Below are positions 23,353 to 35,882 of a stretch of 64,000 nt of DNA, piece after piece. This DNA comes from Callorhinchus milii (taxonomy: Eukaryota): positions 38,132,001 through 38,196,000 of the forward strand of contig NW_024704742.1 in assembly GCF_018977255.1 (NCBI RefSeq), in the 5' to 3' direction. Under the pieces are notes generated by a model. It saw only the letters and a list, made by a program, of their open reading frames with translations. It did not search any database and was not told where the DNA came from. Numbering within the stretch: position 1 is the first letter of the stretch; the number at the start of each line of letters is the position of its first letter. The position numbers were made by a program, and so were the translations under genes.

Positions 23353-25872
23353 ACTGAGAGACTCCCTGCATATGCTGTTACATAATAGACATGCAGGAAT
23401 GTCAATTAATCATTAATCCTCTTAATGTTATACCCTTGTATAGTAAAGGAGCGGGAATGATTGTGTTGCTGGCTTTAGTGCCCTTGGTATGTGAAAAAAA
23501 ACAGAGAACTCAATTGAAATATCCATTGCAGTTATGTGATTGAAATTGCCATAGTAATGGATGCTTGGGTGGTCATTGGACTCTATTTATAATTTAGGGT
23601 TCCAATAATGGTTGAAAACATTCCTAGTTTGATATCTGAATCTTGACTCTAAATTTCAAGGTGGGAGGGAGAATTCCAATTAAAATATTCAGAATGTTAT
23701 ACCCTGCTTAGTTTCACTCAATTTAAAAAGAACAGTAAATCGTTATAAAGTTATTATGATTGTTCTCTGTTTCCGTAAACTACTTGTATCCAACAAGTCC
23801 TGATCAAATTGACTGACAAAGAAACAAAAACTTGATTATGATTGCGATTTCACAGCCTGCTCCACTGGATGACATTTCCTGCTGGCGGAAAGCATTCAGC
23901 TTATTATCCTCTGATCGAGGGGGATGGTCAGTCTTGACACTGGATATTTGATGCGATAGTGATGGTTGCTTTCATAGCTAGGCTATGGGAAAAGAGTGTA
24001 GGAGTGGGACTAATTGGATAGCTCTTTCAAAGGACCGGCACAGGCATGATGGGCTGAATGGCCTCCTTTTGTGCTGTAGGATTCTATGATTTTATAATTC
24101 AAATCCTAGCAGAAGTTAAAATTGCTGCAACTGAGAGATCTCTGCAGAGAGACATTCAACACATGACTGATCTGGTGCTGCAGAAGGAAAGCCTAGTCAT
24201 TTTTAATGGTATTTCAGTTTGTGTTTCTTTCCCCAGTCTTTCTTTACAAAATGTGGGAGTTGCTCCAATCTATTGCCTATTTGCTCTTCCACCGTCACGG
24301 GCTGGGAGCTGCACATTTTTATTAATACAAAGACCACAATGTTGTGTGATCTCTGAAGCTGTTCTGTTGATTGTTATAGAAGGAATCCTCTTCTTTCCCC
24401 CTCACCCACTTTAGTTTGTATTCATTCATTGTTGATCGCTTAAAAAAAAGTTTTGACTCAATTCTAGTATTTTATCATGAAAAGCTTTCTGAGGCACATT
24501 GATTGAGTAAGGAGGAAGTGGTGGAGGGGAGAGAAGGTGGCGAGAGGGTTTTGCTAATCTGTGAGTAGGTATAACCTCACGATTCTGGCAGTAACGCTTG
24601 CGTTACTTTAACCCCATGTGTGCTTGTTCCAGAGATCATCGGAAAGTGGATACTGCATCCATACAGAACTTAGTTGCACAGGATGACAACATTTTTTTTC
24701 TTTCTCTCTCCCCACTCCAACCTTAACTGTCGTCATACTCATCATCAATACATCGGTTGCCACAATTGCTTTACAATCAATCCTGCAAAGTGCTTTGAAG
24801 TGACCTCCTGACACGGAAGGCGCTATACCAAACGCAAAGGTTATTATACCTTTCTAGATAGCTGCAGAACTTCTTCAAGGCCTGCAAATAAATATTTTTA
24901 CGAGTACAATCTAAGCCCAATTTTGTGATCCATATAGTTTGAATGAAAGATTAAACCAAGATTCTGTCTGACAATTCAGGGTCTCATGTTGGAGAAAGGA
25001 GTTTCTGATGAGTGTCCTGGCAAATAATACTCCATGCTAATTGGTCATGCATTTCATGGCTGTTTGTGGGATAGTATTGTATAGAAAATAGCTGCACCAA
25101 CCTACAATAAGTCATTACATTTGACAGTAAATATTTATTTAGCACTTTTAAATGTTTTGATGTGTTAGATGATGTAATTTTGCATGTGCATTTTATCAAT
25201 TGCTTCGCTGGTGCCTCAGTTCAAATTGTGGGACTTCTGTGGATCCACAATTAATTACTGAAAGGCTGGTAGACTAACAAACAGGCCAACTTCCCGCATT
25301 TGCGCATCTTTATCAGTTATTGAGCTTGCAATGAGGTCTGCAAAAGGGATTGTATTTTTCAGGGTGAGCTATTACAGAAAAACAAATTAATTATTTTAGC
25401 TACATTTGAACTCACAGCTTGTTTATATACATTGACATCTAAAATAAGGTAATTTCTTGCTGTTTAGAGTCATGTTTTGAAACAATCCATTGCGAAGGCA
25501 CATGGGTTCTTTCTTGGTGAGAAAGTGAGTTTGAATGTGGTTCTTTTGAAACATCCCCAAAATAAGTTGATGCAAACCTCCTAAAGTGACTTTTGTTACT
25601 AATAATAATAATCCTATTATTATTTTTGTTACTTATGGTATTGCAAAGTAAGTTGGTGCAAACCTCCTAAAGTGACTTTTGTTACTAATAATAATAATCC
25701 TATTATTATTTTTGTTACTTATGGTATTGCTACAAGTGACCTTTACTATTATATGTTGAGCTTCTCCAAATTCCTTCTTCCATTTGTGTTTTCTGTGCAG
25801 TAGGAAGTGCTTGTTTTCTTCTGATGTTGTTGACATTGGGAGACTAACTGTTGTTCTATGTGGAAACATTGT

Positions 25873-26300
25873 GTCGGCCTGGCTCAGTTGGTAGCATTCT
25901 TGCCTCTGCGAGTCAGAAGATTGTGGGTTCAAGCCCCATATTGGGACTTGGACTCCCATAGTCGAAGCTGACACTCCAGTCCAGTGTTGGGATGTTCTGC
26001 ATTGTTGGAGGTGCCGATGAGACATTAAACAGAGGCCCCTTCTGTCTCTTCTGGTGGAAATTAAAGATCCCATGGTACTCTTTGAACAGAGAAGGGGGTT
26101 TCTCCTGGTGTCCTAGCCAACAATACCCCCAAATAAGAAAAAAATGACATTCACTTTATAGCTGTTTGTGGGATGTTGCTTTGTGCAAATTGGCTTCCAC
26201 ATTTTCCCACAAATACACGGTCACTCCACTTCATTGTATCCTGCGAAGCACTTTGGGACATCCTCCTGATGCAAAAAGTGCCATACCAAATGTAAGGATT
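25873..26300 (+). mobile_element. Older Deu-domain SINE, full length
   Basis: Head tggctcagttggtagc...gggttcaagccc, central Deu-like domain, tail ccaaatgtaagg. Confidence 0.82.
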
Positions 26301-26309
26301 CTAAATACT

Positions 26310-26600
26310 CCTTGCATTTGATACAGCTCCTTATCACATTGTTGATATGTCTCAAAGGCTTCACAGGACATGTTGTAAAGTGGAGTCGCTGAATTTTGTG
26401 GAACGAAACAAGGCAGACATTGCATAGAGCAATGACCCACAAACTGCCATGGAGTGAGTGACCAATTTTATTTGGGATTGTTGGCCAGGACACTGACAGA
26501 GAGAGAAATTCCTTTCTATTTTTGAATTGTGCCATGGGATCTTTAATTTGCACCAGAACAGGCAGAAGGGGCCTCTGTTTAACAGCTTATCCAAAGGACA
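26310..26600 (-). mobile_element. Older Deu-domain SINE, inverted, tail-to-tail with the previous copy
   Basis: Reverse complement aligns with 26015-26300. Confidence 0.82.
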
Positions 26601-29600
26601 TGATGAAATTTTAACAATATATACCAATTTCACCTGATGGTTGGTGGAAGGAGAAAGAATAGAAATGGGTGGAGATTTTTCCCCACCAGACCTACATTTA
26701 CACAGTAATTACACAGTTTTAATAGTTATAAATCTCAATTTTGCATAGCGCCTTACATGTTATCAAGGTCTGAGTGCTCCATAGAATTTGATGTGAATGT
26801 GATGCCCTACATCATGTGAACAGTATCAGGACAGCAGGTCATCCTGATTGGATCTGACTTCAATACAAATAGTTTATTGTGGTTGTCAAAACAATAGCCC
26901 TGTCTTATCATTATGTTACTATTTTGCATGATGGGAATTCTTGGCAGATACTCGGTGTCAAAGGTGATGGCTGGAAGTAAATGCAGCACTAACATTATTT
27001 AACATTATTGAAATAACATTATTTAATACTGATAAAATTATATGAGTACCAGATTTTACTTTTTTTCAAATAAAATTGGGTTGTAGAAATATCCTTGGAG
27101 GCTTTTTTACTCTACTCTTTGATTTCACAAGAAAAATAATGAAATAACACCATAAATAATCCTTGCATTTGATGTATCTCCTTTCATGTCAGGAGGATGT
27201 TTTGAAGTGCATCACATGATTTATTCTATGTAAAGCATGGTGACTATTGTGTAGGCAGAGTTGAGGGGGAAGTTAGATGAAACAGGAGAAACATTTTCAT
27301 TTAGACGGTTATAAGAAAGTGGAATGCTTTGCCATAAGCAGTTGTTTCAGCTAAGCCCACAACAGCATTTAAACGAAAATTTGATGAATATTTGAAGAAA
27401 AAAGGTATATTTATCAGAAAAGATTAGAGAATCATGATCAGAGTGGTTTGCTTCAGTAGAAATGCTGAAGCATTGACTAATACTTCCAGGAATTAGTTAA
27501 TAATAATGTTGGAGATTGTTCCTCTCTTCAGCCATCCCATGCATTTATATTTCTGAACATTGCCAGCACAGAAAGTAAACTTTTGAGGAATACAAATCTA
27601 AGACAGTCTGCATCGTCTAGTAGTGGTATAATTCCTTGCACGACAGGACATTTCAAATGTGTTACAGGATTTACTGTGAAGTGGATTTTCTCTGTATTTG
27701 TAGGCGATCATGGCAGCCCAGTTGTGAACAGCAATGTCCCGCAAACAGCCAAGATGTGAATGAACGGTTTTCTTTGGTGGATTGTTAGCCAGGACACTGC
27801 GAGAAACTCTTTTTGAGTAGTGCCATGGGATCTTTAATGTCCACCTGAATGGGGGGACAGGTCCTCAGTTTACCATCTCATCCGAAGGATGGTACCTCCG
27901 ACAATGCAATGGACCACCCCTAGCACTGCAATGGAGTGTTAGCTTAGATTATATGAGTTCAAGTCCCAATGCGGGGCTTGAACCCACATCCCCTGACCCA
28001 GAGGTGAGAGTGCTACCAACTCAGCCAGAGCTGATGCACAGCTAAGGTTGCTCATTCCATTCCAAACAAAGGGAAATTTGCATGAGCTTATACATGTACA
28101 TATGTGGAACTCTTCTTTGGATAATAACAATCATGGGTTTCTGCATGTCAGACACCCGACTGACCAAAAGCAATCTGAGTGCAAATTTGTATGGCAGCAG
28201 TGCAGTGAAGCTGCCTCTTGAGTTGTCCATAATTACTCAATTCCCCCCCCAGCTCAGATCCAAGGGTCAAAGGGTATGTTTTTCTCAGAGTTTCTGAGGC
28301 TTTTTAGGATTCCATTCATTACCAGACCACTACATGTGTTCATAAAGAACATGCTTCCAGAGACTTTGTTCTTTTGTTTAGTTATACCACTTGATTGTTT
28401 TGGAGTATTTTCATGAATGCTAACAGTGTGTATTGGGGCCCATTACTTGGCCCAGTTTTCCAGTTGCAAACTGCTGCTCCCTACCCAATTTGTGACTGAG
28501 GAATCCTGCTGGATCATGACCTCTTTACTGTAGTTCCTGTTTGCAATCTTTATCCCTGTCACTCAGAAACTAGCTGGGAAAACTGCGGGAGTGAGATTAT
28601 GTACTCTTTAGCAGCGTGCTAGAAAATATTTTGTCTCAATTTTATTCCTCAAATGTCTTCAACAAGAATGACTGGGAATGAGACCATCGTACTCAGGAGG
28701 ATTACCAACTGGTCACATAATAATGTGATTCAACCTTCCAGTGACTAGTTTTAGGATCGCAATTTCTCTTTATGCTTGTTTTAAAATTTGAGCAAACTTG
28801 TAAAAATAAATTTGTGATGTGAGCGAGTCTCATCAACTGTTGGATTTCTGCCTTTTGTGAAATTTTACTTTGTGCCCTCCCCTTCCAATTTCCACGTTTC
28901 CTGTCCTGAGGATGCTAAGGTTTTCTGAGTTACAGATCCTTAGATCTGGCACCTGAGCAGCCATTGTTCAAGTGTCTATGCAGTCAGCGTTTGCAGGCTG
29001 TGGGGCACATCGTATCTTAGCAGGATTTCGTCCTCACGTATCCTCGGTTCCAGCCGTGGGCACCGGATTATAGAGTGTCAGTGGATTCCTACTGGAAGCC
29101 ATTCAGTTCATGTTTGTGCCATTGACATCAATAGTAAATGCATTATATAGCTATCAAAAGTGGGAATGCTGGATAAGTTCTTGATTTAACCAGTTTAACA
29201 TGGAGAATTGTTGTTCAGTTTACGTGTTGGCCATGATCACTAGGTAACTAAAATTGCTGCTTGGTGCAGCATGAGGCAGTTAGCTTCAGCCCCAGCCCCC
29301 TTCTTGGATTAGAAACAGACAAACTGGTTAGAGTTGTTGATCACTAACCAGAGACTTATGCTGGATGGTACACTTGTGTGGACAGGATGTGTCTCTCCTG
29401 GGTGATGAAATAGCCTTTTACCTCGCACATAAAAAATGTCCACTTGGGGAGGGAAGTGATGTCCAAGGCCTTGGGTGGGCTGGGGGAAAATGGAGCTGTG
29501 TTTGGGCAGGAGTGGGGAAATGTGTAAAGGATAGGAAGTATAAATTGTTGACTGAGTCTTTTATCCTTTGCAGTAATAAAAATAAATGACTGTTTCTGAC

Positions 29601-30223
29601 AGCAATCTTCTAGAGACACTCTGATCCTCTGAAGAGCGCACTGGGACCTGGTTTACTGTGGTGTTGCTGATATGGGGGCTGCATTTGGCAGCAATTCAGG
29701 AATGTAGACGCAACATTTATCTGTTACGGTTCTGTGCATATTTTGCTTCTAATAGAAACATGATTTTGTATGTGCTGGGATGTCAATATGATTTCTAACA
29801 GTGTTACAACTGCTTTCCGAGCCTTTTTTCCCTATCTCGCTGCTCAGTATTTCCTCTGCATGCTTTGGAGCCTTGGAGAGGCTGACTTTGACTAATATTC
29901 CGTGGGAATTTGTAATGATGTAAATGTTTTAAGCATTCTTCCTCATGCTTCCCTTGACCTACATTGGTGTATTTTTTTGACTATGTAAACTGTCTTAGAT
30001 TTGCATTCCTCAGAGCTTACTCTCTGTGCTACACTGTTAGGAAATATGCAGGAATGCATGGGATGACTGAAGAGAGGAACAATCCCCAACATGTTTTTTT
30101 AAGAAAAAAACAGGGCTTTGGGAGAGGTCTTTTGGGATGGTTTTACTAGACCTAAGAAACTTAAGAGGCGACCTGGTTTCAAAGATTATGAAGGATTATA
30201 ATAGGATAAATAGGAATATTTTA

Positions 30224-30440
30224 CAGTAAACCCCATTATAAGGAGGTGCCCTGAGAATCCTAGGTTGTTTTTGACATGTGGACTGGCCAGCTTCCCACGT
30301 GCTAAATGGCCAACCTTCAGGTTGTCAGGTCACTGCGAACATCATTTCCTGTATGCTGCGCAGTGCAAAGGAAATACCTAATGGTGAACTGTGATGTTTG
30401 AATTTATGGACCTGAAACAGCGTGTTATACCAAGGTTCTG
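30224..30440. mobile_element. Tc1/mariner (Tigger-like) MITE relic inserted in a CR1 fragment
   Basis: ta|cagtaaaccccattataa ... gttataccaaggttctg|ta; degenerate CR1 3' sequence continues on both sides. Confidence 0.45.
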
Positions 30441-33400
30441 TATTCCACTGGTCGGCTGAAAGAGAGCACAATTATCAAAACGAATTAGAGGAAAGGTTAG
30501 TTAGGGGAAAAGCATTATTCTGGAATGTGGAATATTCTGACTGAAACCATAGTTGTAGCAGAGACCGTAAATTCCTTTTTAAAAAAAATTTGATGTTTGA
30601 AGAGGAAGAACAGCTCACACGTTTCCTATATGAAAATGACCCAAACACTTTACAGACATAACCTGGAAACCCACGAAGGCTGACAGTTTTTACTTCACAA
30701 TAATGAGATTAGTAAGATTTCAAATGTCCAGTTTACATTTGTGAATCCTGTCATTAGGTCAAGTAACAATTCTGCAATAGTTCTCTCTATACTGTAGAAC
30801 CTTTAGTTGCTGTCATTGCTCAAATGTTAACTAGATAGTACTGGTGCGTTGTCTTTCTCCCTGATCGAGTATGATCTTCTGGCATTGTCTTCAAATTCTT
30901 ACAGCGCATATATTTTAACTGAAATATGCTTTTCCTGCACTGCTACGACTACAGCATTTCCAGTCATTCTCTTTTCTCTGTAGAAAGGCTCTAGATTTTC
31001 ACACTTCTTGTTTTGATTAGTTACTTTAAATGGATGTCTTAAATCTTGTTCCTTCAAATTCTCTCTGCTCTTTCCTTTCTCTACTACAGGGCTACAGAGC
31101 TTTAGACTTTTTAAATCAACATCTTTGCTGAACTGAATGGAATTGGTGAACTGCACTCAATCCTGAAGAACCTTAACCTAAGCTACAAATATCTCACACC
31201 AGAAACATTTGGAAGTTAGTATTAAATGCTGACTCCTCCCTCCTTATGTAGGCCAAGATCTATAATTCAACCAACTGATCTTTCACCATAGCCCCTTTGT
31301 TAGAAATTGCAGCTGGTTTTAACACTATCAAACAATGTGTGATTTTTTTGTTTTTTTTTGCAAAAATGTCTAGAGTGGGGGAAGGGAGGAGAGGTTGTAC
31401 AAAGTTAATGTTATCTAAGATGATGCTATGGAGCTGTTTGTACATTGTGCTTATTCAGACAAAGTACAACCATGATTCTTTGCTCTTCACTCTTGGCTTA
31501 ATTTAACCGTTCATATACTGATGTGTTGTATCATACAAACATTCAACCAGGACTAGAAATTATGTCTGTCTGTCTCGACTTCACTCACAACAGATGTGGT
31601 TTGCATTTCCAAATCCGCTCTTATTTCAACGGTTGTTCTGCCTTCTCAGATTTCTAACCAAATTCATAAGTGATGATGATGAGGTTCATGTTCAGCGCCT
31701 TGGGACGTCCTCCCGACGTGAAAGGCGCTCTATAAATGGAATCTTGTTGTTGTTCAACATTAGGAGCCTTATGTTAAAAGTCCTGAAAAAATTACTTCTG
31801 ATTTGCTGTGGATTATAAAGTACTTTGGTCTTTTAAAGCTCCTTTTGGTGTCAAATTACATTTTCTCACATGAACATAACTAAACTGTACACACAAACTG
31901 CTGATCTGCCAAACACAATAATTAGTCAGTTGATTGGAAAGTATTCTACCCAATGCATCACTGAATTATTCGTTACATTCAGTCAGATTTTAATACCACT
32001 CTTGGGTTTAAAAAAAAATGGAAATGGATAATCCCACCCCGATTGTGATTTATTTATTCCCAGTTATTTATTTTAAGTGCTTGGAGACATTTACTTTACA
32101 TGTATGTTTCTAAATAAAAGCAAGTTTTGTCAGCGTTTTGGGAGGGACAGAAGAGAGCCATCATAGGAGGTACAGCAATCTCTGACCAACTACAAGTTCA
32201 GGTATTTAAAGTTAATGAATGGATTTGACAAGATATGAGGGGAACTCTCCAATAGAAATATTAAAAATAGGAGAGGTGGGTGGGGGACATGTGTAGTGTA
32301 TAGACCTCTTGCGGAAGAGTTGAGCCGAATATCCTGTTATGCACAGAACGATGATTGAGTCAGATCAGAAAGCATTTCATCACACACGTGGTTGTGAAAA
32401 TTTGATGTGCACTGCTCTGAAGACCACCAACATTGTTTGGGTTGTGAGAGAGTTGAAGTAAATGTGTTTATCAAGGATGCGGAGAAAAGGTAATGATATG
32501 GGACTAAAAGATGCTACTGTTGGAACAGGTTCAATGGACCAAATGGCTTCCTTTTGCTACTATGAACATTGCACTCTGTTGCATTAACATTTGTGTATTT
32601 CAAGCATTTGTGCTCTGCCCAGTGAGTTCTATGTTCAGGCCTCTCTGCCCAGTGAGCTCTGCATCCACCTGCACTGCAGGCAACTGTAGCCTGACACTCA
32701 CCTGTAAGTTGCTGACTTTCACTGCAGCAACACCTTGTGTCAGGCCAGGTCTCATTAGGTGATGATTTATTGTACAGTGGCTGAATCTGCTGGAGTCTGA
32801 AAAAGTGGTGGTGGTGGTTGTCCTTCATGGTGAAAAATTGTTTAGTTCTGGATGGCACCAAGTTGACCTACAGGTGTACATTAGGAGTCACCGGGGAATA
32901 ACAGTGTTTATCAGCAGAGGCAAATGGACTGCATGTTGTGACTTGAGTATGAAGAAGTTGCCTACAAAATACACAGTCACTGCACATTACATTAAAACCT
33001 CTGAAATGTTTTGAGAAGACCTGACGTGAGGCTGCATATCAAATGCAAGGATTATTTTGATTATTATTAATAATGTTTTTCTCTGCTCTGTTATGTTGCT
33101 TATTCATTGTATCAATTTAGATGAAATTTCAACCAGAATCTTTGGTTGTTCCCGCCACCTCACCAATCCTGTCAACTATTTTGCTGAGGCTCTTGGTAAC
33201 TCGCTCTCCTTAAATGCTTGTGAGTTGCACCTACCTTCCCTCATTGTTTTTCAAAATGTTTTTAATAAAAGCACTTGACTGCACCATGGGGCATCTCCTT
33301 TCTACTGCTGTCATTTCCCACCCAGTTCAAATTCCTATTCCATCTCTGTAAAGAACTTGAGACATTTAATTGTCTGAAGGATACGTTACATGTAGTTTTC

Positions 33401-35584
33401 TTGTGAAACATACAGTCTGCGCTGAAACTCCAATGTAATGCTGGGGGTATGGTGCATTGTTAATGGTGAGTCCTTCAGATGAGTTATTAAACCGTTTGCT
33501 GTTCACGGGTACATGCCGGTTGCTTAAGGAATCTTGATGCATTGTATTAAAAATAATAGGCATGTGATTTTATAAATGAAGTACAGTAATAATCGGAACT
33601 CGCTAATAAGGTCATCAAATGCACTGAGGCATTTTGACATTAGTGGTTGATTTTTATGGTGAAATTGTATTACTGTCATTTACAGGGGGGTAACAAAAAA
33701 ATACTAAATACTGGCCATGTTAGTTAGGCGGTTGTTTACACTAGTGTGGTGACCTGAAGGTGACTTTCCACTGTAGTTATAAAAGTAGAAAAGTGGAAAA
33801 AGAATGCTTGGTTTGTTCAAAGAATTGCAACTTTTTTTATTAGTCACATTCCCATTACTCTTATTTTAAAAAAATCAGTTGAGCAAGTACCAGTAATCAG
33901 GATAAGGAATTAAAAACAATGTTCTCACGTTGCTCTTTTGGGGAGGAAGACCGGTGTACTTACTTTACCATCATCTTTTTGCAAAGCAACTAGTGTCATT
34001 GCATCTTATTAGTTTTTGGCCACAGACACTTTGCAAATGCTGCACATGCCATTGCACTTTTTTTTAAAAAAATGAATTGGTGCACTAAATGACTCCAGTA
34101 TAACTTGTCTGGCTCCCAGTGATATAAAGGGGCTGAAAAACCATTTGATTTTGTGGGGGAGGGAAAGCCAATGCGAATGGCTTTCCCTCCGCAGCTTTCC
34201 TCACACCAGCAAAAGGATTAGGGACATCAGGGAACTTGGTTCACGTCATACTTATTTGGGAGTGTTCGGCACTGACTCTAGATTGCTCCAAGTGTGATTT
34301 CTCACAAGTCAACTTGATGTACATGAGATTCCTTGCAAGACACATAATTTACATTCCAAGTTGCTTTTCTCAGATAAGTTGCCATTTGTGCTTCTATTTT
34401 CCCATAAGCAACTCTCCAACTTCCAAGTTTTAAACATTCAATGTTTTCCTTTATTAAAAATCTCGTAAACATGAGGGGCCAATTATAACAAAAACGCACG
34501 GTGCTTTGATTATAAGTGGTGCTGAATTGAATTCACCTGGAACAAAGTCTTCTGTTTAATCTGGAAATTTTTAAAAAATGGTCTTTTCATAAGTCTGCAA
34601 TAATTGTGAATAAAATTTAGTTTAATTAGATAACTTGCATGCTTGACCTCTGTTTAAAACAAATACCCTACATTGACCACAAAGCCAGCTTTATTATCAC
34701 TGCCTCCTCCTGAACTGACGTTACTGGGTGAATGTGAAAATGTTAGCCCAGGCTCCAGCACAGCTGTAAAAACATCAGGGGAGGGGGAAGGGTCTGTGTT
34801 AACTCTCCTCTGACTCAACTGGTACTGATAATTATGTTGGAATTTGTGGTTTGCAAGCCTAAAATTCCAGTAAACAACAAAGGGGATGCCATGTCAGTCA
34901 CTCTACGTGCTTAAAAGGGTTGTGTGTGGTTTTGAAACTGTAGAACATGTGATAACAGTATCATGTTTTTTTTGTGAGGTTTAACGAATTCAAAAGCACC
35001 ACCGTTAAATTACAAGTTGTGCAATTTCCCAAGCTTTAAAGGTCAGGACCCTATAGCTCACTGCCAGGCAGAGCTTTCTTTCTTTATCAATGAAATGTAA
35101 ATCAAACCAGTACCAAAACAGTTGAAAGATTTATATGAAAAGATCTGCTGATTCCTCTTCCCTCCTGAAGGTGTACATATATTGACTCCTTTCAGTGGGC
35201 TAGCCTTCAGCTGTTCTGCTCTAGCCCTACAACTTCATCCTGGAATCCTCATGTCTTGCCCCGTCCCTTCCTACTTTCAAAATCTTAAGATCAAATTCTT
35301 CAACTGGGCTTTCAAACACCCATTTCATTCTCTTCCAGCCCAAGCTCAGGCTCCCGTTTAGTTGTGCTTTGTGCATTTTTAAGACATCCTCCTAATGCGA
35401 AGTGTGTTATATAAAAAAAATGTAAATTGTTTCTTTCCAGGGCAGTGATTGAGGTTGTATTTGGCTGTAATTGGTCTTAGAATTGGTCTTCGAATCCCTA
35501 TTTTAAGGAGAGGAAATCAACCTGAGACCCACTCCTGATCACTACCCACTATACAAAAACATTTGGTCACTCACGACAGTACCC

Positions 35585-35882
35585 ATTGCCTTTGTTCCTC
35601 CGGGTCTGGCCTCCTCCTCGTCCCCCAAGTCCTCCGCTCCATCCTCAGCGGCTGTGCCTTCAGCCGCTATGCCCCAAGGCTCTGGAACTCCCTTCCTCAC
35701 TCCCTTCGTCTCGCTCCCTCCAATCCCATTTTCAGGTCTCTGGTGAAGACCTTCTTTTCGACCACCCCTTTGGTCACCTTCCTCCCCCTCCCCCTGTCTC
35801 GGCCCTGGTATCTGTTACTGTAAAGCGCTCTGAGACGCCGTCTGGCGTGGAGGGCGCTATATAAATCCAAGTTGTTGTTGTT
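35585..35882 (+). mobile_element. L2 LINE 3' end
   Basis: LCSSGSGLLLVP...AFSRYAPRLWNSLPHSLR...FRSLVKTFF, plus a hairpin tail and (ttg)n. Confidence 0.88.
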
